Shown here: positions 1 through 12,310 of the stretch, in pieces
How positions within the stretch are numbered: the stretch's first letter is position 1
Layout of the letters: every line of letters starts with the position of its first letter
Assembly (NCBI GenBank): GCA_048628825.1
Contig: CM109626.1
Coordinates: forward strand, 17,085,077 to 17,149,076
Direction: 5' to 3'
Length of the DNA: 64,000 nucleotides
Source: Menidia menidia
Taxonomy: Eukaryota
Position numbers and translations under genes: made by a program
Notes under the pieces: generated by a model
Database searches by the model: none
The model's input: the letters and a program-made list of their open reading frames with translations, nothing else
What the model was told of the DNA's origin: nothing

Positions 1-667
1 GCAGGATGTGCTGCCCCGACGGACAGCTGCAGCACGTAGTGGTGACCGCAAAGAAACACAGCAGGTAGTCCTAAAATACGAGCTCTATACTATAACCAAA
101 CCTTACTGACAACACAGTAACCCATAGTTCTGTCATTCTGTAGATTTATCAGGCAAAGCCAGGTCTGTCTACTTTCGCTTTTTTCCCCACTTCCTGTTTT
201 GTTTGGGGCCCAAAAAACTAAAGATTTCCAGTCAGTGCTGCTTTTAAAGGGCATCCTTACCGGGTGGTGCAAACATGAATGAGTATTTTTCCTAAATATT
301 TGGGTTTGTCAGGTTCTTTTATTATTTTTTCTTGTTACCAGGGAATATTTCTCCATTAATTGTAGTTCAAGCCTCTTTGAAACCAAAAGAGGTCAAAGAA
401 CACACTCACATATCTGTTAGGAATACCAGAAGAAAAGACAGCTAATATTATCCTCTGGTTATAAAAGCAAATAAAGTGAGATTTCACATATTCTGAACAC
501 CTAGACTCAATTTAAAAAAAATTACTTAAAAGATATGTAACAGAAACTTGGAGCTTTGTGATCAGAGTTGGTCGGAGCCACATGTTGGTGCTCCTCTTTA
601 ATCCGGATCCTTTAACTCTCTCGTCACTTGAAGCTTTTGGATTTGCCTTTAAACAGTTTCTTCCCCT

Positions 668-759
668 TTAGGGACGTGTACCGCTGTGCCCGGAATAGCG
701 ACTGGGGCGATCGGCTGCCGATCCTTGAAAAGGCCACGGAGGACGTCCACACAGAGTGA
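668..759 (+). other. Possible terminal coding exon and 3'UTR of an unidentified upstream gene. An acceptor-like tttag precedes it, one frame reads ...DVYRCARNSDWGDRLPILEKATEDVHTE*, and an AATAAA lies at about 871.
   Basis: A polypyrimidine tract plus AG at about 667, an open frame to a TGA at 757-759, and a canonical AATAAA about 110 bp downstream. No family was recognised. Confidence 0.2.
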
Positions 760-1291
760 AGCTGGGAGCAGACAGTCTTTGGACTTTTGAACTAATTGAG
801 ATAAAACCTCCCACTGCAGACAGCTGCTGATGGTTGTAACGCTGCTCGTCTTTTTTGTTTACTGCCTCTAATAAACCTTTGAATATCCTCCTTTTTAAAC
901 TAACACGGGACCCTTAGAGAGTGTCATATTTATGTTTCCTCCTGTGTATGTTTTGTTACTCTGAATCAGAGCTGTTCAGCCTCATCAATCCACTAACGAT
1001 ACATTTTTATGATCTGTTCATAATTTTTAAAAATCCGTTCATCTGTTAAGAAAATTAGTTGGTTTAAAAAAGAAATCACAGAAATTAATAATTACTGCTT
1101 TTTTCTCCTTAGATGTAATTTAATGTAAAGCGCACAAAACACAATTCCTCTGCTGTTTTCTGTGATTTTAAAACATCAACAAACCTCAGATCTGATGGAT
1201 ACTTTTTACCCATAAAGAGCCCATGTATGCACATCTAAAATCATGTTATACAGTGATTAGGAAAACAAAGTGACAGGGATTCGTTCGTTCA

Positions 1292-1719
1292 TTAGCTTGC
1301 AACGATCTGCTTCAAAGCTGAGGCCAGGTCTGGGTATCTGTACTGAAACCCAGACTCTAAAGTCCGCTTTGGAACGACTCTCTGGCCCTGAGTGAGCACA
1401 ACGGCCCTCTCGGAGCCCATCAGGGTGTTCATGACAAATGCAGGCACGGGAAAAATGGTGGGCCGCCTCAGGACCCGGCCCAGTTCTTTGGTGAACTCGT
1501 AGTTCGTGTTCAGTGTGGGCGCCACCCCGTTGTAGACCTGCGGTGAGGCCGAGGGGGGGTCAGCGGGGGGCTCCAGAGACTGGGCGATGATTCCTGCCAG
1601 GTCTGAGACGTGGATCCAGGGGAAGGGCTGACTCCCAGAGCCCAGGGTGCCGCCGAGGCCCAGCCAGAAGGGAAGAAGCATCTGTTTCATGGCTCCACCG
1701 TCACGACCCAACACTGCCC
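1292..1719 (-). CDS. sdr39u1: sdr39u1 (epimerase family protein SDR39U1), last coding exon
   Basis: The translation ...AVLGRDGGAMKQMLLPFWLGLGGTLGSGSQPFPWIHVSDLAGI...ALKQIVAS* aligns with human SDR39U1 ([44 protein letters not shown]). A minus-strand acceptor ccaccag| precedes it. Confidence 0.8.
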
Positions 1720-1949
1720 CTGGTGGCCAGACGGAGAAGTAAAGAACACATCAAACATCTTTCTGAGGGTACAGCTGAACCCCCAAAGGGGTGAAAAGAA
1801 GTCTGTACAAAACTATAACCCAGCTAGTAGCATATTTATGCAAAAACAAAAATGTTATCTAATGTGTGATAACACTTTTGTGACTGAATTGGATCAATCA
1901 TGGGTATTACAGCTTTTAAATCTGAACCAGTGAGACTCTGTGCACTTAC

Positions 1950-2102
1950 CGGGCCGAATGACAACTTGCTTGGTGGTTTTTGTCAAGTTTTCTGGAAGAA
2001 GTGCCGCGGCTTCCCACTCTTTGACGAGCTTCGAGAGCAGGTCGAACGGCGTCCACTCGCTGTCTTCCGTGTACTCAGCGGTCAGGCTGGGCTTGTAGCA
2101 AG
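1950..2102 (-). CDS. sdr39u1: sdr39u1 exon
   Basis: (A)CYKPSLTAEYTEDSEWTPFDLLSKLVKEWEAAALLPENLTKTTKQVVIRPG matches human AYYQPSLTAEYDED...RQVVVRSG. The acceptor is cccgcag| and the donor is G|GTAAGT. Confidence 0.75.
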
Positions 2103-2194
2103 CTGCGGGTAAAGCAGCGACACGGACCATTAAAGAGTCAGTCTATTAAAAACGTTGGTTTTAACTGGCATGCTCAGCATGGAGCTACACACAC

Positions 2195-2316
2195 CTACGC
2201 CCGATACCAGCACCCAGGAGTGAGGTGGGCTGGGGGAGGCGGCGATGGCCCGAGACAGAGCTTTTGTAGTGTCAACGCGACTGGAGAACAAGTCCTTTTT
2301 ATAGCTCTCATTCCAC
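2195..2316 (-). CDS. sdr39u1: sdr39u1 exon
   Basis: WNESYKKDLFSSRVDTTKALSRAIAASPSPPHSWVLVSGV matches human WNETFQKEVLGSRLETTQLLAKAI...WVLVTGV. The donor is G|GTGTGT. Confidence 0.7.
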
Positions 2317-2525
2317 CTTAAAAAAAAAAAAAGGAGAATTACTCAAATGCTTCTCATTAAGGAATACTGAGTGTTTTGAGAGATTCAGTGTTTTGAATGC
2401 ATTTGTCGTCTCAGCGTCTGCAGTAAACACACAGTTTATCATCCAACATGGCAGAACTGTCTAAAGTTGTTGTATCCCACATTTCACTTTGCAGTTCTGA
2501 TTAGATATTACTCACCATCGGAGTG

Positions 2526-2608
2526 GATTCATGAGATTCTCTCCTGCCAGGTTTACGGCACCATCACACTGTGGGAGGCCGTCAGACTCCAATTCACCCT
2601 GAATGAAG
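2526..2608 (-). CDS. sdr39u1: sdr39u1 exon
   Basis: GELESDGLPQCDGAVNLAGENLMNPLR matches human DELAASGLPSCDAAVNLAGENILNPLRR. The acceptor is cattcag| and the donor is TG|GTGAGT. Confidence 0.7.
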
Positions 2609-2738
2609 AAGTACAATGATTGGCAATGTGATAGATAGGGGATAAATGGAAATAAATCAGATCATTCTGGTGCAGAGAGGCTGGCCTGCCTCAAATCCAG
2701 CTCCTTAAGGGCTACTTTGTGTTAACCTGAGATCATAC

Positions 2739-2845
2739 CCATGTTATCTTCCCCGGTCCTGGTTGGCGAGATATCACCGTGACCTCATGACCCTTGTCTC
2801 TGAGCAGGCGTGTCAGCTCACGGCCCACAAAGCCAGACCCGCCTC
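2739..2845 (-). CDS. sdr39u1: sdr39u1 exon encoding the NAD-binding GxxGxxG region. The ATG-containing exon lies further upstream and was not located.
   Basis: (G)GGSGFVGRELTRLLRDKGHEVTVISRQPGPGKITW matches human GGGTGFIGTALTQLLNARGHEVTLVSRKPGPGRITW. It is bounded by the acceptor ccatgcag| and the donor TGG|GTATGA. There is no in-frame ATG in this exon. Confidence 0.7.
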
Positions 2846-5800
2846 CTGCATGGAAAGAAAGGGATAAAAATGCAAATGCGGATACAACATTTTTCCTTGA
2901 AAGTAAACGAATTGTTGATAGATGTTTTCTTTAGACTTAATTTAACCCATTTGTTAAACCGACCCATTTAATAGGAATGGGACTTATTAAAAGAAACCAG
3001 TGGCAATTTATCTTGACAAGTGTTAAAAGTTTTAAATAACACACCAAGACAGTCAAAGCAGTGCGCATGCGTACTGTGCACGCTTACAAAACAGGACTGC
3101 CTTCAATGACCGAACATAAACTGAATAACAAAGAAAACAACAAATAAACTGTGTTAGCTCTGCAGATCAAAAGCCATCTCCGGCCAGATAGACAATCTTC
3201 ATATGTCAGTCAACACAAAAATAAATTCAGCACAATAACTGGCTGCAGATTTAACATTAGCCAACAGCTAGCAATGTGTCACACTGACCTTTCCAGGCAA
3301 CTTTTTTAAATGATTAAATTATGTAAAAGAGCCACGTACCAATTAATACTCTCATAGCCAAAAAAAACTACCGCCAAAGGCAAAGGTTTGTGTCCCTGAA
3401 CGTCGCAGTTTCTCACACCTTGGCTGTCCGACTACGCTGGCTTGGTTACTGTTAGCGAGTTATTTGCCTTTTTGGACTGCTGGGCTTCCCGTACTCCTGG
3501 GAGGCGGAAACTCATTTTGTCTCTGAGCTGAAGTCAGTGATGGAAACACCTGCAGTCCTCTGGTCTCACGGACCATCACATTTCCATCACAACGACGATG
3601 GAAAAACGCCGAAACGAGAGCTGTTCTTTTTAATTTATAGATTCATTAAAAGCTCACTAAAGGGGATGTTTGATTATTGTTTCTGGACATTTTTTTATTT
3701 AAATAATATAATGAATAGTGTTAGAATAAAGAAGGAAATATTTATTTAGATGCCATGGTATAGTGAGGATCTGTTTGCTGAGATACAGGACAGAAAATGG
3801 ATTTTAAAATAAATGTGCCTTTTTCTGTTTTTTACGTGATTATTAGCAAAGATTTGTGACTACAAAAAATTGTGTTGGCTTTTTCTACGATTAAAAAATT
3901 TGATTAAGCAAACTAGATTACTTCCAAATAATCAAATTATGGTTTGTTACTCATTCATTTATTTGGACAGACACAGGAAGAAGACTGTCTCCTCTGATAA
4001 TTACTTGTGCACCTTTCTTTCTTGTGTTTATCCTGAAACATCTTTGGGATTTTAGTGAAACTAAATGTTTTCTGTTGATGTCAGACCAAAGCTCCCTAAA
4101 TTCAGCCATGATAAAACTAAAAATTGTTAGTTTTCTATTTGCAAATTTTAGATGAATGTGTCTATTATCAACGTTATCGTAATTGGGGTTTAGGAATAAA
4201 TACGAAGGCTTATTAAATGGATTCAGAAGTGTTTTTCTGTTTTGCTTTATGTTTCCTGGGCTGTTTCCCGCTCCCACTAAACCCGGAAGCGTCGGTAAAC
4301 ACGTGGTTTGATAAGGAGATAAATAGAGGCGCAGCCTCATTAACGTCCTCTCTTCCTGGTTGCGGTTGTGCGGGTCGGACGTGTGGTGACCAGAGAGCCA
4401 AACACCGGCATGTTTCCAGGCCTCTTCGCGGTGAGTGCCTTTAATAACCTGCGTTATGCCGCAGGTGATGCGTTTGTTTTCGTGCGTGAGGCATTTGGCT
4501 GTGGTTGATCCGTGAGGCTGCTGTTAGCTCCTCGCTACCAGCAGCCAGCCACAACATGGCCACAGATCCTCAGCTGTGCGACCATTAACTGACCAAAGAT
4601 GCATATTTGCGTCTGTGGTTCCTTTAAAAATGCCTTAAAACGGTTAAACTGACAACCAGGGATGTTTTGGGATTATTTTACAGATTTGAAACTTTTAGTT
4701 TGTCTTTGGTACAATCAAATGCAGGTCTTCCTGAAATTGTTTAAAGCTAAAATAACTGTGGGGACTCTTGATGTTCTGTTAAACTGCAGTGTTTATTTTA
4801 TTTTTGATCTTTACTATGTGAATGTAAGTGGAGTCGAAGCCCAGTGATGAGTTGCATGTGAGTCCGTGTTTCACCTGAAGCTGATGATTATTCTTTCACT
4901 GCACTGATGGGTTTTGACATCCAAAGCTCAGCATGTGAGGTCGGCTGCTGGCGAAACACTCCTCTAATCTGCCTTTTTCTCTTTTCTTTAGGACTGGTGA
5001 GGCTGCTACAACCACATTTTAATCAGGTAAGAACTTGAGTCTTGTTGCATGTGCCAACTAAGACTTAACCCTGTTCATGTTGTACAATCATTTCTGGTTC
5101 AATATGTCCTTAATCCAGTCCTTCAGATATTTTAAGCGTTCTGAAACATGCATCACATTTCATTCTGTCTTGTCCTACTTTTGTCTTAAATGGTTTTTGC
5201 CTAAAAGTGAAACTGAACTGTTGCTGTGAAATGTTAAGCCTTTCCTTTCTGGTTTTCCAGGTGGGACCACTAATGGAGCACTGAAGCTGTGAGGGGACGT
5301 TTTATCACCCGTTTGAAATAAATTCAGTTTACACTCATCTGGTGCCTTTTTTCTTTCTTTTTTATGCGTAGTTGACTGTAGTTTGTTGAATTAAATTGGT
5401 TCCAACAGTGAGGTCTGGCCAGTGTCACCATGATGCCCGTCAGTGGTTCCTACTAATGAGCTAATGGCTGCCTAGCTGCTTGGACCTCATTTGTGATTGA
5501 AACCCACCTAAACTGAGTAGTTACTGAGGAGAAAGTCTCCTAAATGGCTTACTTAAACAGGCAAAAGGATGAGATTCTGGGGTTTTGTTTGTTTTTGTTT
5601 TTTAACCTGGTATTTTATGTAAAATCACCAAAGCTGAGTAGATGAACAGAGTACATGAGCTGTTCTGATATACAAATGACCATAAGGCCATCACTCCATA
5701 TGACCCTTCTGTGTTGAACATCAGTGCTAAACTTTGAGCTCCAGAAATTCAGATGTGCTTTCAGAAACTTTATTTATAAATAAACTTGCAGTAGAAAAAG

Positions 5801-6715
5801 TAATTTACTTGAAATAGACAAGAACTCAAGCTTGCATCATGTACAAAGAGTTTGCAGCAAATACTTGCATAATAATTTGAATCAAAACATGTTGGTACAA
5901 TGGTTTGTCAACTCAAATTAGATTAGTTTACAGGGTTTAAATACACAAAATTGGATGTCCCAGAAGCAACATCTGATTAAAAAATTCATCAGCATGACAT
6001 TACATTTATAAAATGTAAATGTTCTTTTTGTTTACAGTCCACCACATTTAGCTAAAACACTACAGCTGTTTTACATTTGTATAATTTTTTTCTTTTGAAG
6101 ACTGCATTAAAACCAGAAAAATGACATATGATGAAATGCATTCAACCTAAAAAGAATACATTTCAAGCTAAACATGGGAACATAATTCATACAGGCAACA
6201 AAAATGTAGCTAAATGAAGTCACTTCAATATATCCAATCAGAAGTAAAACATTTAAATTTGATCTAAAATGTACATTATGAACAGGAATCTTATCAGGAA
6301 TATTATCTCACACCTTGAATTTCTCACTACAGAGACTTTTCTTAACCTTTCTGGTGGTAAAGTTTTTTGCATCAACACAATGTTTTCCAACACAGCCCAC
6401 AATCTGCTGTCTTCATCCGCCCTCTGCAGAGCTTAAAGAGCTGATTCACTCATCTGAATCAGCTGGAACCGAAACTAAAAAAAATGCAGGATCGAGGGCC
6501 CTTTAGACCCGGGTTAGGGAACACGGAGAACCACATTACAGACGGTACTTTTTGTCATGTCCGTTAAAAACAAGCTGATTTTGTCAGCTCAAAAGAGTGA
6601 AATAAAAAGCACAATAGTATCGCATTTTCAGAAAAAACTGATCCTAACATCCCACATGTAGTTTTACTCATGAATCCATGAGTTTTCAATTGTGTACAAA
6701 GTCCACTCAGATGCT

Positions 6716-6961
6716 TTAACTAACCTCAGCCGTTCCGTTTTGTGTGGAAGTGTTTACTGACTCAGCGTTTTGTCCGCTACTGTTTTTACCCTTCATCCGA
6801 CTCTTTTTGTTCCCCATTTGATCAGACGTGCCTTCAAAGAGCTTGGCCATGAAGGCAAAGCCGTTCCTCTTGATGTAGGACTTGCCTGCAAATGTGTAGA
6901 GGATGGGATTGGCACAGCTACTGATGAAAGCAAAGGCTGAAGTCACTGCGCGGCTGGATTT
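6716..6961 (-). CDS. ltb4r: ltb4r (leukotriene B4 receptor 1-like GPCR) coding exon 3: TM7 and the C-terminal tail
   Basis: KSSRAVTSAFAFISSCANPILYTFAGKSYIKRNGFAFMAKLFEGTSDQ... matches human LTB4R (NVLIALAFLSSSVNPVLYACAG...GFVAKLLEGTG). A phase-0 acceptor catccag| lies at 6962. An alternative acceptor at 6995 (cattaag|) would need a phase-2 donor that is absent from exon 2. Confidence 0.65.
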   Translation of the reverse strand, partial: KSSRAVTSAFAFISSCANPILYTFAGKSYIKRNGFAFMAKLFEGTSDQMGNKKSRMKGKNSSGQNAESVNTSTQNGTAEVS

Positions 6962-7372
6962 CTGGATGTGGTCCAAACTGTCGGCACAGGAAGAGCTTAA
7001 TGACAAACAAACCCTTAGAATGGTTCACTTCAGTTCTTTAGGGCATAACTTTTCTTCCAATTCATAGATAATTACACTGTAAGGCAGAGTTCCTCATCAG
7101 TGTTTCAGTCATTTGTCATGAAAAAAAAGGACCCAGGAAATCCTGTATAAATAGAAGCTGTAAAACCTCTCAACATTAAACCGCCTCCTCATAATAACCA
7201 GCAGAGCATCCCTCTAATTCAGTGAAACTGAATAAGGCAACTCACATTTCTCTGGTGGGTGAATCCATTGGATACCACTCTGCTGCCACCTTAAACAGAT
7301 CAAAACATACCCGTTGTCTAATCAGAAGAAAACCGGTCCACGTCGATGAGAAATGAAGCCCCCTTAACTCAC

Positions 7373-7573
7373 CTGTATCATGTTCACTACATGGTACGGC
7401 AGCCAGAAGAGGCCAAAGGTCACCACGATGGCCAGGATGAGTTTCTCGCTGCGCACCTTTCGGCGGAACTTGGTCTGCCTCAGGCGCCTCAGGATGAGCA
7501 CGTAGCTGGTGATGATGACCGCGTAGGGGAGGATAAATCCGCACACCGACTCGAGGGCGTACTGAAACCTCAC
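7373..7573 (-). CDS. ltb4r: ltb4r coding exon 2 (TM5-TM6)
   Basis: VRFQYALESVCGFILPYAVIITSYVLILRRLRQTKFRRKVRSEKLILAIVVTFGLFWLPYHVVNMIQ matches human ...FHLIFEAVTGFLLPFLAVVASYSDIGRRLQARRFRRSRRTGRLVVLIILTFAAFWLPYHVVNLAEA. The donor is CAG|GTGAGT and the acceptor is ...gaag|GTGAGG. Confidence 0.75.
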
Positions 7574-7857
7574 CTTCACCAGGGCGGTGGCAATCGAACA
7601 AACAAAAACAAAAAAAGCAAAATGAGAAACGATAAATTGACTAATCGGTGGGAAGTGTCGTCCCAGAGATCCCAGAATTTATCTCTGGGGTTCGAGCTGA
7701 GTCGTTTAAAGTTTTAAAAAATCACAGAAAGACGCTGCTACATGATCAGTAGTCTGAAAATGAACTGGTAAAGCAGGGATCATTCGGTCATCACACCCAG
7801 AATCTTCCCCTTTAAACCCATTCGTTCGTCAATTTTGCAAAAACTTTCTGTACTCAC

Positions 7858-8451
7858 ATATCGAGCCAGGCTGTGTTCGGGGGCACACACCAGCCGCGTC
7901 TTGTTCTTCTCATCGCTGTCCTCTCTCACGTCCCGAAACACCAGCGAGGGGACGGAGATCACCATCACCAGGCCCCACATGCCCAGGATCACCCACCTCA
8001 CCGTCTTCCTGGTGATCCGCTGGGACAGCCTCTGTGGCCAGAGCATGACCACCATCCGGTGCACGCTCATCAGCGTGATGAGAAAGATGGAGGCGTACAT
8101 GTTGGCGTTGCACAGGTAGAAGAGGCATTTGCACATGGGGTGCCCGAAGACCCAGGTCTGCTTGGCGAGGTAGACGATGAAGAAGATGGTGAGGGCCATG
8201 ATGAAGCCGTCCGCGCAGGCCAGGTTGAGGATGAGCAGCGTGGTGACCGAGCGCCTCCGGATTCGGGCCAGGATGCTCCAGACGATGAAAAGGTTCCCGG
8301 GGACGCCCAACACGAAGACCAGGCTGAGGATGAGCGCGCCCAGGGAGGTGGAGAAGTCGTTGCTCACGACGCTGTCGTCCTCCGGGTTTGTGTCGTTAAC
8401 CGAGTCCCCCAGAAAGGAGCGACCGTCGGGATCCATGCCAGAAGTCCCCAT
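7858..8451 (-). CDS. ltb4r: ltb4r coding exon 1 (N-terminus to TM4/ECL2). The ATG at 8451 sits in a caggATGG context.
   Basis: MGTSGMDPDG...LGVPGNLFIVWSILARIRRRSVTTLLILNLACADGF...CKCLFYLCNANMYASIFLITLMSVHR... matches human LTB4R1 ([34 protein letters not shown]...CRLCHYVCGVSMYASVLLITAMSLDR) more closely than LTB4R2. The donor is TAT|GTGAGTAC at 7857. Confidence 0.8.
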
Positions 8452-11400
8452 CCTGCACGCTCAAGACAAAGAGCACATAACACAGAGTCATTTTCATGTC
8501 AGATCACAGGGAAAAATGACTGGAGATGGGCAAAGTGACAATACCTGAGAGAAAAACGACTCCCCTCATCGGCATTTGTTCAGTTTTAAAATCCATGTTT
8601 AGTCTAGTCTGATGTTCCACATGTTTGCTTGGTATTTAGCCAGTTGTAAAGCTTCAGCCAACATTAAGCTTTAAAAATCTGTTTCTGGATGATGAGCAAC
8701 TTTCATCTCTGCTAAATAAACAGAGCTCCTCATGCTTTGTTGAACCACAGCCTTAACGGGCTAAACAGAACCCGCAGTTTGTCCAAAATCCAGTGAGATC
8801 AGCATTGTGCAAACCATATGAGGAGATGAAGCCATAACGCGCTCACAGGGAAAGTTCAATGTTGGACTGCAACCGAAACCATTTAGGAACACTCAACTAT
8901 TCCCAGTCCAAATGGAGTTGGTCTGGTCTGTAAGCATCACTCTCTCAAGTCAAAGATGAGTCCTTGTCAGAAATCGACTGAGAGGAGTTTCAGTGTCTCC
9001 AATGGTGGGAAAATTTTGAATGAATGATTTCTGGGATAATTCTGGTAGAAGTTTAAGAAAGGAGACCGGAATTTAATAGAAATTTGCAAAGACATGACAG
9101 CAATTGATTTTTTTGCACATTTCAACGGGCTGTTGAAAAGGTTTTTTGTCGTCTTTGACTTAAGAGACAACAAGTTTTTACCTCTGACGAAATACAGTTT
9201 TGAGATTTATCAGAGCTAGGTTGTGTTTGTTTTGTCCATGCACCCAAATTCTCCCATAAAAAGAAAAAATATAGTTATGTCCGACAACTTAATCTTAAGG
9301 CAACAATAATGAGCGCTATCTGGGAATTATTAGATACAAACTGTAGTCCATATTCCGGACATTTTGATGATGACATCTGAATTGATCTTTGACATTGTGA
9401 AACATTTGTGCAGCAGTACAAACCACACAGCAGACGTTCACTTCACAATCTTCTTAGGGGTGCTTCACACAGGAAATATTTGCTCATCCCCTTGCAATTT
9501 TGTATCTAAAAAATCTTTAAACCTTCTTACTCACTATTGTGCCACTCAGCTTGAGGAAATAAAAGAAAGTTCTTTTTGAAGAAACTGTGAATTGCTTAAA
9601 AAGTGGTAAAAGAGGGAGGCGGTGACTCAAAAACGGACAGAAACTGTATTTTCTTAAAAACTAAATGACTCTCTGTGGCTTGTATGTTGGATATCTAATA
9701 GCCACTGGACGGGGATGTTTACCAATAGTCACCAATCCTTCAAGGCTGGTTTACAGAGCGAGAGAATGTGGCTTCCAGCCTGACGCACACTCAGAAATAT
9801 TTCCATCAGAGCCTGTAGCAAAAGCGACGGCAGCGTGCTAAAACACGCCGAACCACGGCAGTCCTGCGTCAAACACAGGCTACATTTCGACACACTGATT
9901 CATGTTTTTTTCCACGTCCTGAGCGGTCCTCCTGGTTGCATTCGGTTCACATGGAAACAGCTGGTACAAAGGTCAACACGTTGACCTCTCAGTTAGTTTT
10001 ACCCACAGTAGTAAAAGATGCCCCTGACCCACTCGAAAGAAAACCCAATTGTTACACAGAGAAAAAAGTAATTTGATCCCAAAGTTGACGTCACAAGATG
10101 AGAATAAGACATCAAGTATTCATTTCCTTTTCAAGCTAAAACCCATCTTTTTATTTTCCCCAGATGGTTTCATACTGTGTGAACAAAATGCATCTGTTTA
10201 CATTACTGCAACTAAAGGCAACATAAAAAAAAGAATCATGGCATGGTTTGCTTTTATACTTTTAGTTCAACAATAGAATAAATCAGAAGTGGAGCAAAAC
10301 TATTATATGAAACTGTTGTAGCACAGATGCCACAATATTTCATGGAAATGTGAAAAGGATCAACAATAAACAGGATAAATAAACAGAAAAAACGTTGGAA
10401 AAGCCAAAAGAGAGCAATAATGGTAAGATCGCATATTTACTTTTTACTGAAAGAAACCTTCTGCCACCAAATTCTCGTCCAAATTACAGCGATCCCAGAG
10501 CTTTGCGTTACATCTGCTACGAGCAAATAACTGAGTAAATCAAGTTAAAATGGGTCCACTGGAATAGGTTGGAAATAGGAACGGGCAAAGTAAAAAAAAA
10601 ATGACCAGGAAAAAGGCAGTAACTTACCTCTCTGGGATGTGAAGGCTCTAAATGATCTCCTGTCCTGCTCTGACTGTGTCTCTGTTAGCTCAGCTCATAA
10701 TTAGCTGGATCACATCCTCCCTGCAGGCTGTAACATGCTGCCCTGATGAGAGGTGTGTCCTCCTCTAAAACTCTCACTCCTTCCTCTGTCTGCAGTTGTG
10801 TTTGTGTTCATGTTTTTTCACCGTGTTCATTTCAAATGTGCCTGAACGAAAAATGCATGGAGAGTTTTTTTTGGGGGGTAAACAAGCATTCTTTTGGGAA
10901 GCATTTCCAAGTGTCATTAATTAATGTATGTTTTTGTGTCATGGGGCACTTTCTACTATACAATCGCAACTAACGAAGGGGAACCGATTAGTATCAGTGA
11001 CTCAGAAAGCTTGTGTCATGGATCCTGTGCACACAGGTGCAAACATGAAGATAAAGAATGCACATACGTAAAAAAAAATGAGCCTCTCGGGTTCAAACAA
11101 GCCTTGTTCTGTCAGGAATTCTGGTTTCCACGAAAGAGTGGAGAACAAAGAAAAGATTTCTTTGAAGATGTTCAATAGAAATTAATAAACCTCACCGGTC
11201 AGGGGGATCAGGCTGAGAGGAGAAACACCTTCAAGATTAAAAAACATCTCATTTGATTATACTACCAATTAGTGTGAGGGGATGGTGAGGGAAATTAAAG
11301 GTTGAATTTGATATGATTGAGCCTCACAAAGGCCACCGGCTTAGGACACATGCCTCAATAATGACGCACGACGAAAGCGACCCAAATCCAGTGGATACCT

Positions 11401-12026
11401 GTCCACTTCTTCAGACCTTCACATCTTTTTTTTTTCTAACTTGCACCACAATTTGTCTCATGTTGGCAGCAAAATCAGTAAAATAAGAGCCAAAATAAGT
11501 TCCTTTTCATGGGTCAGCTGGTTTGTTCTGGTCCATTTAATGAATTCATCTGAGCTTTTTGCCTTCCTCAAACTGCTTTGCCATAAACAGGAGTATCAAA
11601 TATGATTAAATAAATCATATTAAATAAAGATTAAAGATAAGATTAAGAGATTAAATAAAGATTAAATAAAGACACCTGTAGATTTGAGACTGTCTTGTAC
11701 AGAGCTGAGTCCTCTGACAGGGCAGCAGCACCCTCTGCAGCTTCTACAGAGAAGCGGAGAGGCTTAAAGCATCCAAGCGAAATCCTGCTGAGTTTTTTAA
11801 ACCAGAAGAGAAAAGGGCATGCCATGTGTTGTATGACCACTGGGCAAGAATATGATGTATTAGTTCCTCCACACAGATTAACCACACAGATTAACACAAT
11901 CATGAGGGCTGATAGAGAGAGGGCCACAATCTCTGAGGTGGGGGGGTTCGGCGGAGGTCAGAAGAATGGAATTTAAATCCATGCGTGTAATATTAAGTGT
12001 TAAATCTAAAGGAAACAAACTAATGC

Positions 12027-12310
12027 GACCAGGACCATAGAAATCAAACATACCAGGACCATAAAAATTTAGCATACCAGGACCATAAAAAATCTAACGT
12101 ACTAGGACCATAAAAAACATAAAATACCAGGAACATAAAAAATCTAACGAACCAGGACCATGAAAAACATAAAATACCAGGACCATAAAAAATCTAACGT
12201 ACCAGGACCATTAAAAACATAAAATACCAGGACCATAAAAAAATCTAACATACCCGGACCCTAGAGATCTAACATACCAGAACCGTAGAGATCTGCCATA
12301 CCAGGACTGT
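12027..12310. repeat. Minisatellite of about 11 copies of a roughly 25-bp unit (ataccaggaccataaaaaatctaac and variants)
   Basis: Direct tandem repetition is visible in the sequence. Confidence 0.85.

Noticed and set aside
7873-8538. 221-aa plus-strand ORF rich in His, Asp and Glu, with companion ORFs at 7835-8119 and 8177-8548
   Set aside because: It is antisense to ltb4r coding exon 1 and has no homology to any family I recognise. Open frames opposite GC-rich coding sequence are expected by chance.
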